NCBI RefSeq assembly: GCF_006345805.1
Contig: NC_043003.1
Location: 31,000,001-31,064,000 of the forward strand
Source: Octopus sinensis
Taxonomy: Eukaryota
Direction of reading: 5' to 3'
Length of the DNA stretch: 64,000 nucleotides
Part shown: piece after piece, positions 52,470 to 64,000 of the stretch
Position numbering within the stretch: the stretch's first letter is position 1
How the letters are laid out: every line of letters begins with the position of its first letter
Position numbers and translations under genes: made by a program
Notes under the pieces: model-generated
Seen by the model: the letters and a program-made list of their open reading frames with translations, nothing else
Database searches by the model: none
What the model was told of the DNA's origin: nothing

Positions 52470-53034
52470 TAGAATATAATATAAGTAAATAAAGTAAATT
52501 TCGGCTCCTAGCATTGTAATGAAATGACTAAATTGTGTGACAGAGATTCAGAGCATTAAGTTTTTGCTTCTGTATGAATACGGTAGGCATGTGTGAGTAT
52601 TTTATCTTAAAGATCCATGTATCTTGAAAGAGGGAATGGACTTTGGCGGGATTTGAACTATGTATGTAAAAAGATTTAATCAAATAAGGGAAGGTATTAT
52701 ATTTTCGAGGCTGACGCAAATCTGCAGACCGTATTTATTCAGGGGAGATAACCCATACTTGAAGCTCTCTACTTTCAATTTAAGGGAGAGAACCGATGTT
52801 CGGCTAAAGGTGTATAGAAAATTATCGCTGACGTAAATGTCACAGATGTGGACACAGCAAAATTTAAAATGGTCATTGTACGTTAATTTTGGAAGTGTGT
52901 TTCCTTTTATATATTGTATGTGAGAGATAAACTGGGATTACATTATCCGCATCGCGGTTTCGGTCATTAGGAAGCAGTGAAAGCGAGAATTACTGTAAAA
53001 ATTTCAAATGTGCACGTGTAACTCACACGCTCGT

Positions 53035-53092
<58 letters not shown>

Positions 53093-53349
53093 ACACACAC
53101 TTATAAATCTGTGAATTCTCGACCTCATCTCTCAATCCACATACGCATACATGGACGAGGACACACATACACACAAATATACACGCACAAACACACACGC
53201 ATAATATCTGTGTGTGTATGTGTGTGTGTGTTTTTGCGCGCGCGCATGTGTGTATGTGTGTAAATAGAGTTAGATAAATAGAGAGAGAAAGAGAGAGAGA
53301 ATCTATAGATTCATAAATGTGTGTGTATGTGTGGATGTTTCTATTCATT

Positions 53350-53391
<42 letters not shown>

Positions 53392-53429
53392 TATATTATA
53401 TATATATATATATTATATATATATATATA

Positions 53430-53640
53430 ACGGGAAGCTTTATGAAAATAGACAAAAGACGAAGGCAGGTGGAGTACAAACAAACAATTGTATTAGTATG
53501 GCGCTCAGGAATATAATAAAACAAGTCTTTTACGTTTCGAGCCTACGCTCTTCAACAGAAAGATACACAGAAAAAAACACAGAAAGAAACAAGGAGAGAA
53601 AAAAAAATGCGTGCAGAGGCTAGCGAATCAACAGGGCGTA
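53430..53640 (-). mobile_element. Penelope-like terminal-repeat fragment abutting (TA)n; related to 55440-55610
   Basis: Shares a 34-nt identical ribozyme block and a diverged 'actaataca..tgtttgtt...cacctg.c.tcgtcttttg' tail with 55440-55610. Confidence 0.6.
53526..53563 (-). ncRNA. Minimal type I hammerhead, CUGUUGA core variant
   Basis: ucuuu CUGUUGA a gagc guag gcuc GAAAC GUA aaaga: 5-bp stem I, 4-bp stem II, GUA cleavage triplet. Confidence 0.6.
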
Positions 53641-53670
53641 TATATATATATATATATATATATTATTATA

Positions 53671-53755
<85 letters not shown>

Positions 53756-54193
53756 AGGGGAGGAGAAGGTGAGAGAGAGATATACAAAGAAAGATGGACG
53801 GATAGATAGGGAGAAAGACAGAGAAAGAGGGGAGAAGCGAAAGAGAAAGAGAGATAAAGAGAGAGAGAGAAAGGTTTAGTATGGTATGTATACATATATA
53901 TATACATACATATATATGTACATTATAATACTAATGTGGTGCAGGTAACATATTTCATGTAGAGAGTTGAAAAAATTGTTTAATAAAATGTCTCTATAAT
54001 GCTAACGAGGAAGAAAGATTAACTTATGTGATTAAGTCTGCTCGTAAAAAGCCGTAATGTCTAGTGAAGGGGGACAACTCCGAAATCCAGATTAGAATGA
54101 GGGCTTGCAGTGTGTTTGTGAATGTGATTTACCTCAGATTAGCTCGTTTGCAGAAAGAGGAGTCGTGTTGTTCTGGTAACACACACACGCACA

Positions 54194-54226
<33 letters not shown>

Positions 54227-54232
54227 ACACAC

Positions 54233-54272
<40 letters not shown>

Positions 54273-54448
54273 CACACACACACGTGTAGTGAATGTGTGT
54301 GTGTGTACTATCTGTCTGTCTGACGAATCGCCTGTAGCACTGGAGTGGTACTTCATAAATCTCCCCCAGCATGATGAGCGGCAAAGAAGAACTCGGTGGA
54401 ATTTGAACTTAACTCAGAGCGCAGAGTTAAGGTTGCAAGCTATTATAA

Positions 54449-54517
<69 letters not shown>

Positions 54518-54573
54518 TGTGTGTTTGTGTATGTAAATTAATAAGATATACATTATAAGATATATACTTTTAT

Positions 54574-54661
<88 letters not shown>

Positions 54662-54779
54662 CACGTGGCTCTACATAAGCACCTACCATGCCTATAGTAG
54701 ATTTGTGACTATCCTATGACACAGAAGTATTTTTGACTTCCATTTTTAGCGATGTAGGTGCTCATGTAGTGCCCTCGTG
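54662..54779. mobile_element. 118-bp mariner-type MITE
   Basis: cacgtggctctacataagcacctac versus the reverse complement of gtaggtgctcatgtagtgccctcgtg; TA on the left flank. Confidence 0.65.
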
Positions 54780-54919
54780 TGTGTGTGTGTGTGTATGTAT
54801 GGAACCAATTTTGACGTCATTGCTTATAACGGATTATTTTAAATAAATTCTCATTATCACTGTGGAAACCATGTAGGCAGTCATTAAGAAGCTTTTGTTC
54901 GTCTTGAGGCTGATAGAGG

Positions 54920-55018
54920 TTCCTTGTATTTCCTGATGAGAAGACGGCATAATGCAAACTTCATTCCTTCGGAATTAGGAGTATGCAGTCTTCGAAACAT
55001 ATGTCGAAAGTAAAGGAA
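54920..55018 (+). ncRNA. Canonical type I hammerhead ribozyme with extended stem II
   Basis: CUGAUGA 54933-54939; stem II GAAGAC/GUCUUC (6 bp); GAAA 54994-54997; stem III AC-AUAU-GU; GUC triplet 55003-55005; stem I uuccuu-gua-uuuc / gaaa-gua-aaggaa. Confidence 0.8.
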
Positions 55019-55212
55019 TTTTTTTAAAATCTTCGTTCGACTCCATTCTTTTCATTTATATATATATATATAATAATATAATTTAGAGAAAAGCCTCTAT
55101 TAAACATTTCAATAGTGAAAGACGTTATTCGCACCATATAGGAAACATATACTATAAAAACCTTATTCTAAAAATCAATGAAGTACATAAACAATAAATA
55201 GTAAATAGTAGT

Positions 55213-55365
55213 AAAACGTCTACGCGCGTTTCGTGGCTATATTTTCAAATAGATAATAATAATAAAATCAATTCGATTTTAAACCTAAATCTTATAATGT
55301 ATGTATGTATTTTATTAATTTGCCTGTACGGCTGATAATTCGCTTGCCACTCGTGATGATATTTT
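55213..55365 (-). ncRNA. Decayed type I hammerhead with ~108-nt loop II
   Basis: Minus strand aaaauauc AUCACGA guggc [108 nt] gccac GAAAC gcgc GUA gacguuuu; core differs from CUGACGA at 2 positions. Confidence 0.45.
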
Positions 55366-55393
55366 AATAATACCACCCCTTCTTAAATTTATG

Positions 55394-55437
<44 letters not shown>

Positions 55438-55439
55438 CT

Positions 55440-55603
55440 AGTCTTTTTTATTCTCTCTGTGTATATTTTCGCATATTCCTTTCTGTTGAAGAGCGTAGGC
55501 TCGAAACGTAAAAGACACTCTCACTTTCCCGAGTGTGAAGCTAATATACCTGTTTGTTGTTCATACACCTGTCTGCGTCTTTTGTTTTCTGTAAAATTCA
55601 ACA

Positions 55604-55610
<7 letters not shown>
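55440..55610 (+). mobile_element. Penelope-like terminal-repeat fragment between (TA)n tracts
   Basis: Related to 53430-53640; flanked by (TA)n on both sides. Confidence 0.6.
55479..55514 (+). ncRNA. Minimal type I hammerhead, CUGUUGA core variant
   Basis: cuuu CUGUUGA a gagc guag gcuc GAAAC GUA aaag. Confidence 0.6.
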
Positions 55611-55637
<27 letters not shown>

Positions 55638-56135
55638 ATTATAAATGTAGTCCTACTTAACGTACACTCCCGAACACATATTCATACACATAAAGAAATA
55701 ATTACATAATTACATACACGGTCACACAGACACATACGTACGCACACACGCACAAATATATGGAAACGCATGCAGTAAGTTGCAAATTTTGTTTTTAAAC
55801 CAACCAAATCTATTTGAAATACGACATACAAGCATGAAATATATAACAACTTGACGAACCAAAGAGGCAGTGTGTAGTTAATAGCTTTTGTTGCTAGAAA
55901 TAGCAGCCAAATCTACCTGAAACTGGTTTTAAATTTTGGCACAAGTCCAGCAATTTTCAGGAGGAGATAAGTCGATTACAAGTCGGCGGAATTAATACCC
56001 AGAACATAAAGGCAGACGAAATGCCACTAAGCATTTTGTTAAGTGTGCTAACGATTCTGCTTACTCGCCGCCCTATATAATTTTAATAATGGCTTCAAAT
56101 TTTGCCACAAGGCCAGCAATTGTAAAGTGGGTGGG

Positions 56136-57030
56136 AGATGTCGATTACATTGACACCAATGTTCAACTGGTGCTTATTTTATCGAACCCGAAAGAATGAA
56201 AAGCAAAGTCGACCTCGGCAGAATTTTAACTCACAACGTAGCTGCAGACGAAATACCTATTTCTTTACTACCCACAAGGGGCTAAACACAGAGGAGACAA
56301 TCAAGGACAGACAGACGGATTAAGTCGATTATATCGACCCCAGTGCGTAACTGGTACTTATTTAATCGACCTCGAAACGATGAAAGGCAAAGTGGACCTC
56401 GACGGAATTTGAATTCAGAACGTAGCGGCAGACGAAATACCTATTTCTTTACTACCCACAAGGGGCTAAACACAGAGGAGACAATCAAGGACAGACAGAC
56501 GGATTAAGTCGATTAAATCGACCCCAGTGCGTAACTGGTACTTATTTAATCGACCCCGAAAGGATGAAAGGCAAAGTGGACCTCGGCGGAATTTGAATTC
56601 AGAACGTAACGGCAGACGAAATACCAATTTCTTTACTACCCACCAGGGACTAAACACAGAGAGAGGACAAACAAGGACAGACAAAGGGACTAAGTCGATT
56701 ACATCGACCCCAGTGCGTAACTGGTACTTATTTAATCGACCCCGAAAGGATGAAAGCAAAGTCGACCTCGGCGGAATTTGCACTCAGAACGTAGCGGCTA
56801 CGAAATACCAATTTCTTTACTACCCACAAGGGGCTAAACACAGAGGCGACAAACGGATTAAGTCGATTACATCGACCCCAGTGCTTAACAGGTACTTAAT
56901 TCATCGACCCCGAAAGGATGAAAGCAAAATCGACCTCGGCAGAATTTGAACTCAGAGCGTAATGGCAGACGAAATACCGCTCAGCGTTTTTCCTGGTTTG
57001 ATAACGATCCTGCCAGTTTTCCGCCCTAAC
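56136..57030 (-). mobile_element. Head-to-tail concatemer of 5 family-A SINE units
   Basis: Junction 'gaaatacc|(t/a)atttctttactaccca' repeated at ~56258, 56440, 56625 and 56808; only the outermost unit has the A-box head. Confidence 0.9.
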
Positions 57031-57259
57031 ATCTGCTTGAAATTACACCCTAACGCTTGTTTTTAGAAATCAAAGGACACACTTGTGAGAGATGTACTAT
57101 AAATAAAAGATGAGAGGGACATGGTTGTAACGCGTTTAATGATAGATCTGCTAGGTTAGGGTTTCTTTGGAATTAAACAATAACAGTAGGCTTTGAACTC
57201 GTCTAATGATAAGGCTTTGGACTCGTATAATTTGACACGTACAGAATTGGCCAACAGAA

Positions 57260-57313
57260 AGCTTCAGCACCAACAGTAGCAGCAACAGATTCAACACCGA
57301 CTACAACACTAGT

Positions 57314-57353
<40 letters not shown>

Positions 57354-57722
57354 CAGCAGCAGCAGCAGCAGCACGAAATTAGCACCAACATCAGTAGTTG
57401 CAGCAACATTAGCAACAACGGTAGCAACAATAGCAACAGCAACGGCAGCAGTAGCGGCAACTATAACAGCAATAACGAAATCAGCGGCAGTAGCAGCGTC
57501 AGCAGCTGCAGCAGAGGTAGAAATACGAGCCGCAGCAGCATGTAGCAGCAGCAGCAGCAGCAGCAGCAATTGCAGCCGTTGAAAGAAAACTAGCAGCGTC
57601 AGCAGCAGTAGCAGCAGTTTTAGCTGTAACAGCAACAGCAGCATTCACAGCAACATTAGATGCAGCAATAACAGAAACAGCTGCAATAACAAGTGTGGCA
57701 TTATCAGCAACAGCAGCAGCAA
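57260..57722. repeat. Degenerate (CAG/CAA)n trinucleotide tract
   Basis: Direct reading. Confidence 0.9.
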
Positions 57723-58550
57723 TACATACATACATGCATGCACGCATGCATGCATACATACATACGTACGTACATACATACATACATACATACATACATA
57801 CATACATACATGCATACATACATACATACATACATACATACATACATACATACATACATACATACATACATACATGCATACATACATACATACATGCAGA
57901 GATACATACATACATACATACATGCATGCATACATACATACATACATACATACATACATGCAGAGATACATACATACATACATACATACATGCATTGCAT
58001 ACATAATACGTACACACATACATGCACACATACATGCATACATGCATCCATGCATACATACATACATACATACATATATACATACATACATATATACATA
58101 CATGCATGCATACATACACACATGCATGCATACATACATACATACATACATACGTACGTACATACATACATACATGTACATGCATGCATACATAATACGT
58201 ACACACATACATGCATGCATATATACATATATACATATATACATATATACATACGTACATACATACATGCATGTATGCATACATACCTACGTACGTACAT
58301 ACACGTATATGCATGCATACATAATACGTACACACATACATGCATACATATATACATATGTACATACATACATACATACATACATGCACGCATGCATACA
58401 TACATACATGCATGCATGCATACATACATACGTACGTACATACATACATACATGCATGCATACATAATACGTACATTCACACATGCATACATACATATAT
58501 ACATACATACATATATACATATATACATACATACATAATACATGCATAAA
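57723..58550. repeat. (TACA)n/(TGCA)n tetranucleotide microsatellite
   Basis: Direct reading. Confidence 0.95.
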
Positions 58551-58924
58551 CCACACACACACACACACACATACACACACACGTGTATATATATATATAT
58601 ATTATATATATATGCTTTCCAACGAGTGACCATGTACCAACGTGAGAACCTCTATGTGGTTGCTTGATCTACAAGAAATAGTAACCAAATCTCCCTCAGA
58701 TCATACACTCACCGTCTTTAAAGAAGAATGGATTAGATAATGTAATTCTAGTTAGAATTAAAGAAGGCAAGATGATGAAGATTCTGACCATATTTTATAT
58801 CTGATTCATTAGGGTTGACCAAGAACTAAACAACAACAACAACAGCAAGACTACCAATACCGCCACTACCGCCACCACTACCGCCACCACTACCGCCACC
58901 ACTATCACCAGCAGTAGCAGCAAC

Positions 58925-59275
58925 AGTAGGAGGATCGCGGTTTCGATTCCCAGACCGGGCGTTGTGTGTGTTTATTGAGCGAAAACACCTAAAGCTCCAT
59001 GAGGCTCTGGCAGGGGGTGGTGGCGACCCCTGTTGTACTCTTTCGCCCCAACTTTCTCTCACTCTTTCTTCCCGTTTCTTGTCCCCGACTTCCTACGCCA
59101 CCGCTGAGCCTATATGCGCAGTCATCCATCCGTCGATGCTCTCGGTGTCGGGGGTTGACCTGCTTTCTCTTCTGCAGGTCTTACGAATAGCAAAAGGACC
59201 ACGTTTCGGACTTCTCCCATCTTGCAAGCTCTGGGACGAAGACCCAGCTCAACAGAAGCAACAGTAGCAACAGCA
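58925..59275 (+). mobile_element. Head-truncated SINE related to family C with a different 3' tail
   Basis: 'ggatcgcggtttcgattcccagaccgggcgttgtgtgtgtttattgagcgaaaacacctaaagctcc' matches the family C head, then diverges. Confidence 0.7.
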
Positions 59276-59278
59276 GCT

Positions 59279-59760
59279 GTGGAGGCGCAATTTCCTAGTG
59301 GTTAGGGCAGCGGACTCGCGGTCGTAAGAACGCGGTTTCGATTCTCAGACCGGGCATTGTGAGTGTTTATTGAGCAAAAATACCTAAGCTCCACGAGGCT
59401 CCGGCGGGGGTGTTGGTGAACCCCGCTGTACTCTTTCACCACAACTTTCTCTCACTCTTTCTTCTTACTTCTGCCACAAAGCAGAGGAACCATGGTGCAA
59501 CCCGCTACGGTGTGGTAAACTTTCAGCCCCTAGTCTAGATTGCGAATCCTCTGTAGCTCAGGATGGTTCACCTCTCCACCCGTTAAAAGCCACCGTTTAC
59601 GGAATGAGGATAACAACGTAGCTTTCGCTCCCGTGGAACCGCCAGTCTATCGCGTGTAGTGGGTGGATCTTCAAGTTGCCACACACATTCTTAGTAGCTT
59701 AGAGTAGGCTCGATTATTCTTTGTGGCTAATGGCGTGAGTCCTGATTGGAAGAAGAAGAA
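59279..59760 (+). mobile_element. Full-length family C SINE whose (GAA)n tail is expanded
   Basis: Colinear with 49136-49570; ends 'gagtcctgattggaagaagaag'. Confidence 0.88.
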
Positions 59761-60205
59761 GAAGAAGAAGAAGAAGAAGAAGAAGAAGAAGAAGAAGGAG
59801 GAGGAGGAGGAGAAGAAGAAGAAGAAGAAGGAGGAGAGGAGGAGGAGGAGGAGGAGAAGAAGAAGAAGAAGAGAAGAAGAAGAAGAGAAGAAGAAGAAGA
59901 AGAAGAAAAGAAGAAGAAGAAGAGAAGAAGGAGGAGAGGAGGAGGAGGAGAAGAAGAAGAAGGAGGAGGAGGAGGAGAAGAAGAAGAAGAAGAAGAAGGA
60001 GGAGGAGGAGGAGGAGGAGAAGAAGAAGAGAAGAAGAAGAAGAAGAAGAAGAAGCAGAAGAAGCAGCAACAAAAGCAACAACAATTGTAGCAGCACCAAC
60101 AGCAGCAACAACAGAAGCACCAACAACGGTAACAACAACAATAACAACTGCAGCAGCACCAACAGCATGAACACACAGCAGCAACAAGAGCAGCAGCAAT
60201 AACAG
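59749..60205. repeat. Polypurine (GAA/GAG)n tract grading into (CAA/CAG)n
   Basis: Direct reading; pure purine on + to ~60050. Confidence 0.95.
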
Positions 60206-60344
60206 CAGTCAAATAAATTTAGTATCGCGGATTTCAATGTATAACTGAATGTATTTTGCTGCTGTTGTTGCAGCCGATGTGCTGCTACCTCTGCTGCTGT
60301 TTTTGTGGTTGCTGTTATTGACGTGCTGTCATAAATCGGTAAAA

Positions 60345-61410
60345 GGTTAGTGGAATGGCAGAATCGCTAGAGCTTAGCGACATTTGTTCCAAGTCTGAGT
60401 TCAATTCCGAGTTCAAATCCCGCTGAGGTCAAGTTTGCCTTTCATTTCTCCGTTATCGAAGTATCAGCGTCTATCGGAGTCGATGCTATTGGCTAGGCCC
60501 CTCCTCTTAAAATTTCTGTGTTTTTTTGAATCTAAGTCAGAAATCATTATTACGAGGTGGTGAGTTGAGAGAATATTTGAGCATTGGAAAAAAAATGTTT
60601 GTTCTAAGTCTTTAGTCGCTGAGTTCAATTCTCACTGAAGCCAACTTTACCTTTCATCACTTCGCAGTCGATAAAATAACGTACCAGTGAAGTACTGAGA
60701 TCGACTGTATTAATTAGCCCCTTCTCCCCAGCTATGCTAGCCTTGTGGTTAACATAGAAAACGTTAATAAGTCGATAGGTATTAAGAATCGTTAGCACGT
60801 CGTACAAGGCTTAGCTGTATTTCACCCGTTCTGACTTCAAGTTCTACCGAGGTCGACTTTGCCCTTCATCTTTTTTAAAGGCAGAAAGCTGGCAGAATCG
60901 TTAGCATGACGTACACGATGCTTTTGTCCGTCTTTATGTTCAGAGCTCAAATTGTGACGAGGTTGATTTTGCCTTTTATCCTTTTAAAGGTGGCAAGCTG
61001 GCAGAATCATTAGCACACCATGCAAGATTCTTAGCAGCATTTCGTCCGTCTTTATGTTTGAGTTCAAATTCTGCTGAGGTCAACTTTACCTTTCATCCTT
61101 TCGAGATAAATAAGTACTAGTTCAGCACTGGAGTCAATGTAATCGATTTACTTCTTCCTCTGAACTGCTGGCTTTGCGCCAAAATTTGGAACCAATAAAT
61201 AGATGGGTAACAAATTGGTAGAGTCGCTAGAGCATCAGACAGAATGCTTGGCAATATTTGTTTCAGCTCTTTACATTCTGAGTTCAAGTCCACAGAGGCC
61301 AGCTTTACCTTTCATCCTTTTACAGTCGATAGAATATAGTATGAGTGAAGCATCAGAGCAGATTGTATAAATTAAAACCCTCCCGCAAATTTCAGATTTA
61401 GTGTCTATGC
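60345..61410 (+). mobile_element. Cluster of ~6 decayed family-A SINEs, same orientation
   Basis: Repeated 'gcagaatcg(t/c)tag...gagttcaa...gactttgcc.ttcatc'. Confidence 0.8.
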
Positions 61411-61544
61411 TTCAAATGATTGCTTTACACTAGTGTAAGAAGATCTAAACTTTGTAAAGGAAAGGTAAAGCTAAATGCCACAGGTTTCAGCCTATGATTC
61501 TAGGATTGGTATTTTATCAATCATCCTTTGTGAGATGATAAGCG

Positions 61545-64000
61545 AAGTCAGGTGTAGCTCAGAATCGGGCGGCGGGGTTGCACTGCTGGCAGTCTTTTTC
61601 GACCTGGATGGTAAGTTGGTAGTCCTATACGTGAGTGGCTGAGAAAGTGGCGTCTTCAGATTGGTGACCATTTTGTCCCGACAGTGCTGGAAGGCCAGAT
61701 TTCTTCAGATGTTTAGAGAATTCTTGGGAATGTCTCGCTCTATAGTACTAGTAGGGGACAGGATGCACACTGTAGTAGGGGCTAATACATTGTAGTAAGA
61801 GGTGCAAAAGCTTTGAAAACCTGCTCTGGAACTTCCAGCGTGGGCATGGAGCAACATCAGCGGATCATCCAGATCGTATCCAGAGTATTTGTTAGGTCAG
61901 TGGATAGGGTTGTGTAGGTTGTCGATAGTTCAAATTAGCCGGCTACACGGACGATATATTTGCGATCTGCTTTGTCGATTTAGATAGGACTCGTAGACAG
62001 GGACCAGGTTACCAGAAGTTCTTACTGGTATGCAAGAACTACACGGATCGGATTAGTGAACTAGCTAAGCGGCAGTGGACGAGGGCAATCATCAAAAACA
62101 GGTGATGGGTCACCCTGGAGAGGGTGATTAGAATAGAATCAATAGCGTTTAGCAAAGAACTGGCAAAACAAATAAATATATTAGGAGAACTAGTTAGTAA
62201 CTTAGAAGAGACGATTGGTAAAAGCATCGTGATCGACGTACCAGTGGAGAGAATGGCCCCTGACCATTTCCTTGAGGCAAAACACGAAATCTGCGTTGTC
62301 AAAGCTAAGGTCCGTGCGCTCAAACGCGAAGGAACTAAAGTCATCCGATGGAGACAAGATGAGGCAACAAAACTATGATTAGGTCTTTGAGAGGCCGAGG
62401 CGGGCGGGTACTTCTCGGTTCCGAACAGGTGTGTGCGACTTTCCAGCAGCACTTCGCACGATTGTTTGGGGAGGGTGATGAGTCGGTGACAGCAGGGGAG
62501 TTTAGTTCGTACCTAGACAGCTTGCCATGTCTCGGCAGTGGGCGCGAGTTTCTACGAAAAGTCAATAACAGTCGCTTAAATATAGGAGGCAATGAGCGGT
62601 TGCACATGTTGCAAATCGCCCGGTTTTGATGGTCTGCACCATGAATTCTCGAGTTCATGCCAGCCTTGTACGGTGGCCTCTTGGTAGACACTTACCGTAA
62701 CTGAAAGCAGAACAGGAGAATTCTTAGTGTTGTTAGCCAGGGTGTGGTAACATCGCTGAAGAAAGTCGCTTACGAAGGGGATGTGCTAGGTAATTTTCGG
62801 CTGATAACTCTGCTAAACATGGTGTTTAAGATTTTGGCTTTGGTGTCCGTGAAAATGTTGGTGCTTGTTTTCGGAGACTGGTTGGGAGAGCGCAAACATG
62901 CGCTATCCAGAACAGGACTATCCACGACAACCTACATTTTATGCGATTCATCACTGAGAGGGCTAGGACAAAAGTTGACTTCGGTGGGGGTCCTGATCAA
63001 TTTGGGTCAGCCTGAAGCATTCGATAGGGTCGACCATCGTTACTTGGAAGCCATCGGGGAACTGGCCGGCTTCGGACCCGTTCTCAGAGGTTGGGTTACT
63101 GTAATACACAGCGGCACCTGCTTAGTAGTCAAATAAAGGGAACCGTTTCGTATCACACGCTTGGTCCGTCAGGGAAGTTCGCGCTCGCCTCTCCTGAACG
63201 TGTTGGCTCTCGAGCCAATGCTGCGGAAGCTGGAATAGTTGAGGAACATCCCACTCGAACCGGGACGCGAGAGGACAGTGTAAATGTACGTGGACGACGT
63301 CACCATCATGAACTCGACCGACGTCACCATCATGGACTTGAACAACTCTGAAGAGAAGGCAGTTTGTATCATTATAAAGGAATACGAGTTAGTGGCAGGG
63401 GTAAAAACCAACGCAGACAAGTTGGTAGGCTGGCAGCTGGGATCCTGAGAGACAGGTCTATGCCGTCCGGCGCCGTTGTTGGATGCTGGACTAACGGACC
63501 CGTTAAACTGCTTGGGATCTCGTTCAATCTCGACCTCCAGGTGGCTAAGAACTGGGACTAAATGACAAAAAGGTGGCTAGTATTACCCATAAATCGATAG
63601 AAAGGAAGCTGTACTTGAAAGGGGGGTCAGAAGTGGCGAATGCTTACATCATCATTTATCGCTTGACCGTCGTGCCTTGCCACAGCAACGTCTTGATCAA
63701 TTTGGAGCATATGTTATTTAGCTTCCCGTGGAAGGGACGAATTCCAATGGTCATGCAGTCAATGTGTTGTTAGCGCCCTCTGCATGGCAGCTACAACATG
63801 CTATTGCTGCTAATGCGCAGAGCGCTCTTAGGCTGCGCCACCTGCAACGATTCCTAGAAATTTAATCGTGTGTGGCACCGTTCGTGTGATACGTTTTTCC
63901 GTAGGTCGTCTCCTTGACGGAACTGCAGATCTTAGTGAATGAAAAATCAAGACTGGGAGACTGGCTCCTAGAGTGTCGTCAGGCGCTCACAGTCCTCTAT
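61545..64000 (+). mobile_element. Decayed Tx1/L1-clade LINE ORF2 (continues past the window end)
   Basis: APE remnants (SGGGVALL, FRLVTI, SIVLVGD); RT remnants KSPGFDGL, NFRLITLLNMVFKILA, AFDRVDHRYL, VRQGSSRSPLLNVLALEPMLRKL, YVDDVTI; many stops. Confidence 0.85.

Noticed and set aside
57203-57644. Poly-Q/A/L/C ORFs suggesting a polyglutamine gene
   Set aside because: Degenerate trinucleotide repeat with stops in the Q frame and no splice context.
59190-59262. Minus-strand CUGUUGA ... GAAAC gug GUC
   Set aside because: Stem II cannot close next to GAAA; the sequence is better explained as a plus-strand retroposon tail.
59671-60237. Poly-K/E/R and poly-L/F/S ORFs
   Set aside because: Translation of the expanded (GAA/GAG)n SINE tail.

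Overview
Eukaryotic, AT-rich, repeat-dense animal DNA. The SINE, RTE and microsatellite content looks like an octopus (coleoid cephalopod) genome; this is inferred by recognition and was not checked against a database. The only identifiable host coding sequence is the last (or near-last) exon of a PP2C/PPM protein phosphatase (5139-5342, +). The rest is transposon-derived: a near-full-length RTE LINE with a PHD finger inside its RT, a young CR1 LINE nested in an old R4/Dong-type LINE, a decayed Tx1 LINE, Tc1/mariner, hAT, piggyBac-like and Merlin-like MITEs, a solo LTR, several tRNA-SINE families and long microsatellites. Most ORF-track entries are low-complexity artefacts. Points of most interest: (i) hammerhead ribozyme motifs of the Penelope-like type, including one canonical type I hammerhead (54920-55018), a CUGUUGA variant kept identical in two diverged copies, and one inside a tRNA-headed element with an inverted 3' duplication; (ii) a 14-unit, ~518-bp composite satellite combining R4 LINE fragments with a spliceable-looking, stop-free 227-nt cassette, with higher-order structure; (iii) SINE concatemers joined at a fixed nucleotide. 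Scattered single-base indels suggest long-read assembly errors, so some frameshifts may be artefacts.
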